Source: Botryllus schlosseri
Lineage: Eukaryota
Reading direction: 5' to 3'
DNA length: 64,000 nt
Assembly (NCBI GenBank): GCA_051294905.1
Contig: CM119371.1
Coordinates: forward strand, 12,340,001 to 12,404,000
Under the pieces are notes generated by a model that was not told where the DNA came from, ran no database searches, and was given only the letters and a program-made list of their open reading frames with translations. Position numbers and translations under genes: made by a program. How positions within the stretch are numbered: the first letter of the stretch is position 1; the number at the start of each line of letters is the position of its first letter. Below are positions 14,201 to 27,000 of the stretch, piece after piece.

Positions 14201-17200
14201 TTCGAGATTAGTCATTTCTATTTCGGGGGTTCTTAACCAGGGGTCCGTATCCCCTTCGTGGTACAAAGCGCCATAGGGGGTACCAGAAGAATTGTGGAAA
14301 TTGGCCTGTGGATATTTTCTGGGCTGATTTATTCAACTGGAAAATATTCTTCGCGCTACGCGCGGTTTTAACGCTGGTTTAATTTGACTTTGGCAATGAC
14401 TACTTATCAAGTTATCACGAGTATATCAGAAACCCCGATTAGGCTACGCTGCTCACATGCTCTGATATCAGATCTATCTTTAGTGAATTCTAAAATATTC
14501 TACATAAAATTGTGGCATTTCAAAGGTCCAATAGCTGCAATATTACAACCCGACAGCTTTTACGATATCATCATGCGTCCTCTCGCATGATGTCTAAACT
14601 CATTATTTCTAACAAATTATGCCCGGCACAAAAACTATTTTATTCAAATATTGAAAATGTAATTTGTTCGTGCCAAGCGTGAATATAGTAATAGTAAATT
14701 ACATTTTCTCGGTGGTTGTGGAATGCCTGTCTGCAAGGTGCCGTTAAATAAGGCCTAGTTGGATATTATAGATTGAATATCCCTATTTATTGATGCTACG
14801 GCCCGCGGGTCATCACAAATTTGGAAATTGGCCCGCGAGCACATTTGAGTTTGAGACCTCTGGTCTAATGGCAACAAAGAGGGTTTGGAAAGTGAATTTA
14901 ATTGTCACAAGTCACAACAGCGCACTTGGGTACATTGATTTTATTTTAAATTTGAATTGCTCATACGACGTACGTTGGCCCTTTATATACGAATTTCGTC
15001 AATAATATTGGTATTGTTGTACATACTAATGTCATCGTTTCTCGAGCCATTTGAAGGGGTGTCTTCGAAAATTTAGCGCAACTAAGATATATAATGAATG
15101 CAAAACATTGGTAAATAATCAGTTTGTTATATGTTATAATTACTTGATCTCTCATCAGGTTTGTCGCAAAAGTCAAAATATATTGGAATTGCCTAAACGT
15201 ATGAAAAAGAAAATTGTTAGACGCACACGATTCCAAAGAGGTTGTTGTTGTTAATTATTTAAAGAAAAATTTGGCACTTATCACCTGTCGGATTTTTGCA
15301 CCACGGTCAATAATGGCGTAAGAAGAAAAGAAAACCAGTCAATGATGGCGTGCGTATTGGATATAGAAGACATAGTATCGCTCAAAATTGCGTCGGGGCT
15401 ACATTTGGCGCAATCTTGGCGAGAACGAACTATATTCGCAAATCTTATCTTTTAATAACTCGAGCCTTGACACAAATCTTCTGAACATTATGTTTTAGTA
15501 TTAGCGGATATCAATTAGGCTATACCCATTAAAGTTTGAGGCCAATCGCGCAGATTCGATGTTATTCAGTTTCAAGATGTCACTCAGATCAGATTCAACG
15601 GTAGAGTTGATGGAGAGGGTGTTTTCAAAAATTCAGGGATGGATGCAGAATGGATGCTGTTCCATTCTGTAGTGTGGGGATTTGATTGCAAAGGGCTCTA
15701 CTATTGAAATAGAAAAACAAAGTACCATTGAATCGCGCGCAGCGAGTAGGGCCCTACCATTAAAATAGAAAAACGAAGTAACTAATCGCGCGCCGCGAGC
15801 GCGCAACGAGGAGGAGCCTCGATAAACTTGCAACACTTAGGTAGGAATTCTGGAGCCAACCTCGGTCGGACTCGAACTCGCAACCCATTGGTGTTGCAGC
15901 TGTCCAATATGCCGCTTCGTATTGTCGGCATTGAAATATCCTTAATCGAGTCATTAAAACCCTAAATTCGGCTCCCGAGCGGCAATGTCAGCAGCATTGT
16001 CGGCAATGTCGGCATTGGCGAAATTGGTGACATTGGCGACATTGGTGACATTGGTGGCATGTACAAATTAAAGACACGTGTGATATTATAATCACGAGTT
16101 TCCGGAAGAAGTGGATTTCTGACAACGCAGGATTCGTCTCATTTTGAATTGAATTTTCTTTTTCGCTGTCGTAGTGATATTGCGATTGATAGTAAATTAA
16201 AATTCACGGTAATTGACCATCATGTTAAGGTTAGTGTAACTTTATTTCGTTCTGCTAAACAGTTCACAGGTATCAGGCTCCTATATTAACGCATATACAT
16301 CTTGTTTATAGAGGTTAATCAGAACGTGAACGAACGTTCGCTCCATCCTTATTAAATGAATAACTTTATCGACGCATTTTATTGGACAATAAGTAGCCCT
16401 ATATGAATTGGTGATATCGATGCGTTGTTTCATTTTCAGATCTCTAACTTATGGATGAAGGTTCAGTTCCATTCATTCGATGCCGATTCATGGCGGGAAA
16501 CCTTTCAAAACATGAAATGCACCGTCTCCTGTTGCATTGTTGTTCCGGATATACCAGAGGTAATGTTGAATAAGTATTCAACTAGCCTGACGCCACCAAA
16601 TCTGCTAGTGCGCATTAACAGTGTGGGGAAATAGACGTGAAAAAATGGATCGAAGCTGCCAAAATCGCAGAAGTGGGGCCAATGGAGGAAGTGATCTTAT
16701 CATCGTTTGATTGTATTCCACTCCGAATTGAAGACATTCGGTTACTTAATGCAATGCAATATCGCTCGAAGGTGAATAGAATGAAATATTTGAACTGCAA
16801 AAAATATAGATTTTTGATTGGAGATTTTGTAATGGCAATTATGTCATCTCTGTGGCCAGGGCCGTAACTGCCGCACCTCACGCCCCCTAATTGGGGATGA
16901 GGCGAGCTCGAAGGGGGGAAAATTATCATGTGATTCAATGGAAATTATCTATTATTTATTTTGAGATTTTTGCAATATTTCCCAAATTATCATCGCGCCT
17001 TGCAAAATTTATTGTCGCTTACTAGCATCAGATATAATATGATTATGCTTGCCTAAAAGAAAGAAAAAAATAATTTCGAGTTTAAGAAATAGGTATTTAT
17101 CGTCGGACATTACCCTGTCACAACAACTCAAGGCATATGAAGTTCCCGTTAACATGGGACTCTTAGAATTGTGCTGAAAATATCGGCGACTATAAAATGT

Positions 17201-18012
17201 TGGACGAAAAAAACGCCTCATGTTGACTGAAACTTAAGTGAGGCATTCTAGGATATGTGTTCTAATTGAGGATACTCCGAGTGGCCACTTCAGAAGGCAT
17301 TTATACATCACATATGACATGGTCTTATATAAGGAAATATGTTATTTCTCCATAAGGTTGTGTGTTTCTCCGCGCGCATCTATCGTAGTCACTCCCAATC
17401 CAGAGACATCTACCGACCAGGTAACGTCGGATACTAGTCACAATCTAGCATCGGTGTATGGATGATAAGACGCAACTATGAATGCTAAAATCGTCATTTA
17501 TTTAGGATCATAGCACTGAATGAGTTCAATTTTTGCTGAAGTTTTCGAGTTTTACTAACTGCTACAGGAAACTTCATTTCTCTCAAGCGAATTCAGATGC
17601 TTTCATCACCCCTAGTGTGGGGAAGCGAGTGGCGCAGTGAGTTAAGCGCCTGCGTCACGACACCAATGGTGGTGGTTCGAATCCCGGTTCGGACTAATTA
17701 CTATGTGTCGGAGGTTCTATGGGCTCCTCATCGCCGACCTCACTGCTAGTCAGTGACATTAAAAGCCCAGCTACAGTGAGCCGAGCTATAATTCGGTAGC
17801 AACAGAGACGATTATCAACTGATGAAGTGTGCGTGAAAGAGACTGTGAGAGTGCAAGAAGAATGAAAAAGTGAAGCAAAGATACGACGATAAAGCGAGAG
17901 TGGAAGAACGTCAGAGACCCGAAAAAATGAAATTCATTGTGTACTGTCCGTGTAATTGCAATGTCGTGGAGCACAAGGCCTTAACCTGGCTAAAAGCACC
18001 ACTATCGTATCC

Positions 18013-18045
<33 letters not shown>

Positions 18046-21000
18046 CACCCCTAGTGTGAGATCCACGTAGTGATGAGGGATACAAGTTCTTAATATGCCA
18101 AAACAGACAAGCGGCCGGTAATATTTTAAGAACAAGTTTCGGGAATAAGTGGATTCTCGATTACGCAGGATTCGTCTAATTTTGAATTGAATTTTCTTTT
18201 TCGTTGTCATTGTGATATTGCGAGTAAGCGTAAATTAAAATTCACGTTATTTTGACCATCATATTGAGGTTGTTATAGCTTTATTTCGTCCGCTAAAAAG
18301 TTTACAGGTATTAGGCTCATATATTAACGCTTATACATCTTGTTTACCAAGGTCAAACAGAACCTGAACCTACGTTCGCTCCATCGTTAATCCTTAATTC
18401 ATATTGGGCAACTAGCACATGAATTACGAATATCGATCCGTTGTATCATTTTCAGATCTTAAACTTAAGCGTGAAGGTTCAGTTCGATTCTTTCGATCCC
18501 GATTCATGGCGAGAAACCTTTCAAAACATGAAATGCACCGTCTACCGTTGCACTGTTGCTCCGGAAGCACCAGAGGTGATGTTGAATAAATATTCAACTG
18601 ACCTGACGTCACTAAATCCGGTAATCCGCATTTACAGTGTGGGGAAATGGACGTGAAAAAATGGATCGAAGCTGCCAATATCGCAAAAATGGGGCCAATA
18701 GAGGAAGTCATCCTGCCTTCGGTTGATAGTATTGCACTCCGAAGTGGGGATATCCGATTACTGAATGCAATACAATATCGCTCGAAGGTGAATAGAGTAA
18801 AATATTTGAACAGTAAAAAATATAGATTTTTGATTTGGGATTCTATAATGGCAATCATATCAACTCGTTCGTCAGGGGCGTAACTGCAGCACATGACGCC
18901 CCTTAATTGGGCGTGGCAAGAGCTCGAAGGGGCGCCAAAATTAATATGTGATTCAATAGTAATTATGCACTATTCATTTGGAGATTTTGGTAATATTTTC
19001 CAAGTTATATCTTGGCCTCGCGAAATTTAATGTCGGTAACTAGTATCTGATATAATATGATTACTAGGGCAAGTTTTTGGCAGTTAAATCAGTGGAAAGT
19101 CGCATTTATTTTTGAAAAAATTTGAAAAGTTGCAGAAGTTGCATTTTGACCACATTTTGCTCGGTTGACTAAAAAAAGGTCAATTTTCCGGCTCAGCTCC
19201 CGAAATACCCGTAAAAGCGTTATTTCGGTGCTGATTTACGGTGTTTCAGTCGAATTTGACCGTATATTTCACCAAAATCGAAAATATTTTCACGAAAAAT
19301 CGAGAAAGTTGCAAAAAGTTGCACTGTAAGATTCCTTCAAACAGCTTAAAACAGCATTCTACATATCTTTCGAGGATTTAGGAAGCTGCTGGAAGCTGTA
19401 AAACAAAGTTGCAAAAGTCGCAAGCTTGCCCTATACTAGGGGTAGGCAAACTTTTGAGCTCGCGGGCCGCATTCAACATCTGAATCCATTCGCGGGCCAC
19501 ACTATATAAAAATGGGAATATTAACCAAAACGCAATATTGATATTTGATTATATAGTGAGGACATGGAGATAATATACCTAAGTGCTTATTTAAAACAAG
19601 CCAAACATTGCTATGATGATATCGTACACGCGCCAGAAACATATAGTGGCGAGATTTCATAGGCTGGCGGACCTCAATAACCAATTTGTCTAAACTATAG
19701 AGATGAAGGTCGGTTGGCCCGATTCTTAGAACAGGATTGAAATTTAAATCCGCGAACAACGATCTGTACATAGATTTACTAATTTTATTTTTGGTTAAGT
19801 TCCAGGACACATAATGCTGATAGCATCATAACCATGTTAGCTTCAAACACGCTTCTACTATGTGTTGATAAAATATAAATACCCCAGTTCTACGCATACA
19901 AACGAATCTAACTAAGACACGCTTGAATCGTTTTTTATAGGAAACAACACTGAATTAATTAAAAATGGAGTGGCCAATTGGAAATCCAACTCGTGATCCA
20001 AATTATGTCAATTTCGTTGCAGCTATCCCATTGTGATATTGATTATTTACCTTAGATCAGTGACTCTCAAACTTTTTAAGACACGCCCACCTCAACTGAT
20101 GCTAAAAGATTTCGCGCCCCCTTCTCGTCATGTCACAAAACGCAACCAGGATGCTAGCAAACCGAACGGGTAGTTTGATGGCATGGAAGGTTACGACTGT
20201 GGATGAAATATTTTTAAACATATATTTCAGAGTAAATATATAGCAATAATTATGAATTGGATGAAAATTTTGTTCGGTCGAGCTCAGTTTCGCGCCCATT
20301 CAGATGCTTTCACGCCCCCGAGGGGGGCGCGCCCATCAGTTTGAAAACCACTGTCTTAGAATTATCATGGTTAAATATACTAAGAAAATATTAATCAAGT
20401 TCCTACAATAATTCGATTTTCAGTACGCATTTTATCACAATTTTCAAAAAGTTTCTTTAGACTCTCGCGGGCCGCACCGAAAGGCGTGGTGGGCCGCATG
20501 CGGGCTATAGTTTACCCACCCCTGATCTAGCGATTACAGCGATAATGGAAGATTTTAGTCGAAACAGCCCCATAGGTTATCTCCAAAATAAGAGCCAACT
20601 TGAAAAAATAAGGCCATATTCGAAATCAGTGCCCTTCAGAGCCCCCAACCCTATACTTACTTTGTCTTCCTAAAAATATGTGTTGGCCAGTGTAAACATC
20701 GCAGATGTTGCGGGCCGGAAAATAAACGTCTGCGAGCCGCATGCGTTTGGTATCGCACAATAGTCCAAACCTTGGTTTGACGAATGCAACCAGGAAAAGC
20801 AGCCAGACATGTTTATCGTTGCCACATAGCTCAATATACACCAGCAGCTCTGATTCTGTCTCTCTATAAACATTCCCACAATTATCGGTGATAAGTAGTG
20901 GGGAAACAGATATAAGTACGGTTTATCACCCTATGGGAGCACAAGAACAACGTGTTTTTTTCAAGGGGGCGGTTGGCTCACGACAACTGGACAATTCTAG

Positions 21001-24000
21001 TTATGTTATATCTGTTCTCTAAATTATAACGAAATGCAAGTAATCTAATTCTAATCTAGTTTGTGAAATGTTCCTATGCTCTAATTCTAATTCTCATTTA
21101 ATTTGGTAAAATATGTGTAGCATTAATTCTATTTCTAATCTAATTTGGAAAAATTGTGTAGCTCGAACTCTAATTCTAATCTAATTTAAAAAAGATGAAG
21201 ATTTTCTAGTTGACCAAGTCTGGTGGAGACCTCAAAGTGAAAATGTCCCATGCGACGGAAACAATTACCGTAATTTCATAGCTGCTCGTGCTCACGTGTT
21301 GAAGCAGAGATTTGCGTGGTGGCAGGTATATATGCCTACTTGGCAATACATGCAACGCACGCTCCATAAAGTTACCACCAATTGTAAACATATTTTTAAG
21401 AGAAAAAACGGCGTGACTTAATTATGCCAATAGAAGATAATATATTCACACAAAGTGAAGCAACTGCAAACTATCGAACGCCGTCCATTAATGCTCTAGA
21501 ATCGTCATTACACGATCATTAGTTTACTTATGAATAATAATGCATTTAATCTGCCTTTCAGGTAAAAACGTTGATATTCGACGGCTATCCATCTTTTACA
21601 TCGAAGACTTGGAAGGATTTAGGGACAAGCATACGGAATTGTAATGTCTCTACCATCTCTTTCATTCGCCATTTCGAGTTTGTACCTAATTTTGAAGCCC
21701 TACAACAAGGCCATGCCGCCTTAGCGGTGCGTGCTATTTCGTGCGCGCGGAATACATATCTTGACATGTTATACATTTTGTGGTACTTAGGCACGAAGAT
21801 TCACGGTCACATCCTATCTTCCGAAACCGTGGTATCAAATGGAACTCTCGATTCACGATGCAAAAAATGAAACGAATATGTCGCAAGCTGTGAGCAAAAA
21901 TCAGGTAATCATTATCGGTTATTTTAGGGTTACCATATTTTTGAATCGGGAAAGGAGAACACTTTTTGAAAATTTTCAAACACAGAATACTGGAGAAAAA
22001 TCTTGAAAAAACGGTAAATTTTTCCAAATTTGTGATCGGTTGACCAAAAAAAAGTCAACCTTCTCGCCCCCCGTCCAAAATACAGTTTTTCTTTTACATT
22101 ATAACGATTTGATTTGGAATTTTTGCAAGAACGTTATGTAAAACATTTCGAAATGATGTACTTGATTTCAGTTTCAAAATATTGCTGTCGTTTGAAAATC
22201 AGCTATTCGCACATGCTCAACACCACTATTCGCCACCAGCGGAAACGGCATCTGCGATGGCAATAGCATTCCATCGAAGGAAAATCAGCTGATATGAATA
22301 GGCAATTGGGCATAATGCCTTGGCGTGCAGTGGACAAGACACTACCAAAACCGAGATGCTCGGAGAACGGGACTATATAGGGACGTCCCCAGTAGATCAA
22401 GCTTTAGAAGGAAATTTTATTTCAGGTAGTAAGGTGTCGCGTTAGCCCCAATATCGATTGCTTAGTCGTTGAAAGGCGTTGTCAGTTGTCGTGCGCAGGT
22501 CACAGTCCAAAATAAAATTAATGATCATGATTTTTTGTATTGTATTTGTACTTATTTAATATAATATTACTTCTTATGTGCTAACTATATGCTCATCGCC
22601 CATGCTTCATGCGTAAGCCGCATATAATAGGGTTACCATACATCCGGAACTTTACTTCCCGCACATGTCCGGAATTTCACTGTTAAAACTGCGTCCGGGT
22701 GGAATTTCTAAAATATGCCTAAATGTCCGGAAGACTTGAAGTAAGCTCTTAAATATTTCCTAATTTAATGTAAACAATGTTGTTTTTGAGCATATTTATG
22801 TTACATGTAATTCTTCACGTAGCGCGGAACTTAGCGTCATATACATTGGTTTTAGTGTGTGTACACCACCCTCGCAAAAACTGCGATCAAAAATAAATAA
22901 AAACAACATTCATTTACAGAAATAAGTCTAATTATAATTACAATTACAAGATAACGGTATATTCATTGAGCCGGCTTAGGCCATTCTCATTATTCCAATA
23001 TAGTGGTACTAAACCTGGGGGTAGTTTGTCTTTATTTTGGAGTTCGCGAAGATGTTGAACGTAATCAGCTTCCAAAATAGGCCGTGAGTAAGTCTGGGCA
23101 ATTGTGCCGCCCTTTAGTTAGTAATCAGCCCATCAAATTTTAAGTTGGGAAAGAAGTCGCGACTATAAAAGTTTGGAAACCACCGGATGTGTGGTATTTA
23201 TATAGCTCATTGGTGTATAGTGCGCACCGGCATTAGGCTGATAAATAATGTTATTGGTGTGACGTAAACATGACTTAACGATCTACAAACACGCTTCTTG
23301 CATTTTGGAAGCCATCATCCTTCACCAGCTCTACCGGTAACTCTGATTATGTGGGCGGAGAGAGGATCAAATTATATAGTAATATACGGAAGAACTAATA
23401 TTATTGACATAATTCATTCAAATCAGATGTTTTGGGGCGAGGGGCTGAAAACATGTGACTTCGGCCCTGGTCACAACTTTCAACACACAACCACATACTC
23501 CTGAACGTGATCGTGACCACCTCGAGTCGATAGACAAAGCTTGCTGGTGTGACGTCATGTTGATCTACAATGCGCTCATACCTTATTTTGAAATCCGCTA
23601 GTTGGCGCTAAAGAGCATCTGGAATCTGTGATACAAAAATATTCCAACATTTTTCCCTACCATAGCAAAAATCTTAGCTTGAAACGAGCCACAACACATA
23701 CCTTCAATAATATGAATTTATGGCGTCACAATGAAATGTAGGCGATCGAATGGTGGTTATTATTGTGTGGTGATACGATGCGTCTCCACGGCTGCTGCAA
23801 GGTGTTTGATGCAGGTGGGTATGACACCTAAGCAATGTAAGCAGTGCGGAGCAGTTCCAACAAGGGCTGATGAGAATTTAAGGAAGCTCAAAAAACTCGA
23901 CGACATTTTCTTGACCAAAGTCTGCAGCTGTTGCTAGCCTTTACAATATATATGGAAGAGCCGTATTCTATCATTGTTAGCACGGAAATGATTGTGACCT

Positions 24001-27000
24001 GCGCTGGCGCAATTAGTTATTAGGTTTCTCGTTGAACACCATGATTTGTCATTGATTGATGACCAGGCCCAATTCGAGGGTTCAATTGCAAATTTCAACC
24101 CGTTGGTGCTACTGTCCTATAAATTTTACAAGTCTTGCGTAAACCGCAAGGAAAGAAACAACACCAAGACGATACGCGTTGAATGCACAATCAACGAAAA
24201 TACGGCGCGACGGGTAGATTGGGAGCAGAGATGGAGAAGATGACATTTTTTTAAATCAACATCTCTGAAATAAGGGTAAAAGCGGGTAATTCGGGAGTTG
24301 ACTAAGAAAGATGACCTTTTTCTTAGTTAACACCACAGAAGTATTGTAAAAAGGTATGTAATTGGAGAGTCGGGATAAAGCGGTGACATTTTGCAGTAAT
24401 TCACGTTTTATAAAGTATTATAATTCACAGGCCTTCACAGTACACTTCTGATTACTAAACTTAATTTATAATCGATCGACTGTGTACAGTTTATGCGGTG
24501 TCGTACATGGGTGTGTTTTAGTTAGCACCAATATTGACAGTTTTTGAGGAAGCCAAGCAATGCGCAGATGACGTCTGGATGATAGTTGTATTTTATTCGA
24601 AATCACACAGAAAGTCTCCTTGTCTGATAGCCACTTTTCTGATTGAGATAAAGCATATATTTTTAAAATGTTATGATGGCTGATTAGATTGACCATTTTT
24701 TTTATTATTATTTTCTAAATATAAACCCACAGATGCATATTACAATAACAATTGTTTTATTAAAGCCAGTAATGGATTTTTAGAAAAAGTCGTTGGATGT
24801 TGCGATTGGCCGGTTGAAAGGAAAGGCATTTGCGGAGTCTCTTGGAGGCCTCATTGCTTCATCCGGTTTCGAAGAATTGGTTTTGCTGAATTTTAATTGG
24901 CTAAGTCTCGATACCATAACATCGATCGGTAAGGGGCTTCATCAATACAAGGTAAGATATGTCGGCCATCCGACTTCTACTTTCAGCTTTAGCGTTCCTT
25001 GGAAGAGTTACACCAGAAAAATTACCATAACTTGACGTTGCAGATGCTACTCGGTATTCTTGTCTTCTCAACGCTAAAACCAGCATGTCTTAGCCCAACC
25101 AGAGAATAAATAGTAGAGATTATGTGATGTCTGCTACTGTTCCTGAACATAGCCCAGTTCGTTTGTCTCATCTTGTGCAAATGCAATTCATCTGACTGTG
25201 CTCATACAATTCCGACCACTAATATCGCATTTAGAAATTGCTATCCCATGTAAGTGTGCATAAAGAGTTTCATGACGCTTGACTATATACTACGGCAGTG
25301 GTTCTCAGCCTTTTTGGCTTCGCGGAAACCTTTTGACCGTCACGGACCCTCGAGGACCCCCTCAAGTTTTAGTTCAATTTTAGCTCCATTATGGTGCAAT
25401 TTTCATGTCTGTCTTGTGCAACTATGAACTGTATAGGCTTGTGATAAACAGCAAAATAATGATTTTTCTTGAAAATATAACATCATACAAATTATTTTTA
25501 AAAATTGGTAGACTTCTATTATTTCAAAGCCAATGTTGCTGCTGTATTTCTTGAAGTACGTGGTCGTGTCTTGAAAATCCGCGTCTTAATTTTGATATGA
25601 ACGCATAGTGCAGAAATCCATTTCCGCAAAGATAGATGGAGGCTAATGCAATATTAACGCATAACGCTTCCGACGATACTTTTGGTGTGATTGTAACATT
25701 TATGGCGTCAAAATGAAGAAACATATATTTTATTCTTATTTTATTATATTATTATCTAGCGCAGCGACGGGCAACATACAGACCGCGGGCCAGATTGGGC
25801 CCGCGACGGCATTGTGATCGGCTGACACAGAGTGTCTACCGTAAAAGTGAAATCCTAATCTAAAAGTATAGACAAATTTTATGCGCCAAATAATGGATAC
25901 AAGTTTTCCAACCTGAGAAAGACTGTCATGAAACGACTTGTTCAATTCCGGTTTACATATATATTTACGAGCAAACATTTTCGACCATGAACAATTGAAC
26001 ATTAACAAGACAAGACTGCATACAAATGTAAGTGGTGATATGAATTTCACGATTGGAGCGTAATGCTTTGATAGCAACGAAGATCTCCTTGTTCGTCAAA
26101 AAACCGGCCTTGTCGATATAGGGAATCCGCAATAAGAATGCACCAAATCGAATAGGCGAGCTCTAAGCGCAGGGATTACATTGTCCGATTTATGACGAGT
26201 GTCAGCTGAAAATATTTGAGTTCATTTCAATATGAATACTGTTCAATTGTATATCGAAGTTCCGTACCTCCAAGAAGCTGTTCAAATCATGGTTGTGTAT
26301 ATCACAGGATGAAATTGATTTCTTAGCGAGGTTTCAATCCCTGCATTGGGACAAATTAGGAAAATTCTTCGGGAATTTTTATTTCAAACGACTGTACACT
26401 AATTTGTTGAGACTGACAACTTCAAATCGAGAAGGTTTCGCAGACATTACGAAGTCACCCTGATTGACGTTACTATCTCATTATTTTTATTTTTTCACAA
26501 ACCCCAACAAAACGTCTCTAAACAGCAATATGTTAGTATCAGCAGGTTAATGGAAATTGGAAATGAAAATGAACTCCCACACTCCGATAGTTCATGTCAG
26601 ACGAATATTATGATGATATGAGTCATGAGGTTTTAGCAGTGGTGGTGTGAAACTGACTATAATGCTTTCTCTAATTAAAAAATAAAATGAAAATTAGGTT
26701 ATCAACCATTCAAAAAATTTAGAGGTCTCGCGGACCCCCTGAAATTGCTTCGTAGACCCCTAGGGGTCCTGAAACCCCCGGCTGAGAACCGCTGTACAAG
26801 TGCCTTCAACACCAGGCCTGAGTAAGCTATAATACAATCAATGAAGCAAATGACGACCGGAACAAAATTTAGAGGATCCGTTTACATATACGTCATATTA
26901 AAGGCAACTATGATTCATTCGGATATGCTTCTTATATATTATATCCGGTGATATTATCGAGGACATGTCAGTAAAAAATATCAGTATCTAGCACGCTACA

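Larger units (their letters stand above)
12239..14862. mobile_element. hAT MITE containing further nested elements
   Basis: TIR cagaggtctcaaac/gtttgagacctctg; TSD gtctaatg both sides. Confidence 0.9.

Noticed and set aside
15980..16060. 9-bp minisatellite with internal inversion (ggcaatgtc/gacattgg)
   Set aside because: Short low-complexity tract without other support
17620..17700. tRNA gene
   Set aside because: No full cloverleaf; followed by SINE body, tail and TSD
26308..26450. Additional LRR-like exon
   Set aside because: Lies within the TIR-bounded element 25296-26794; donor unconvincing
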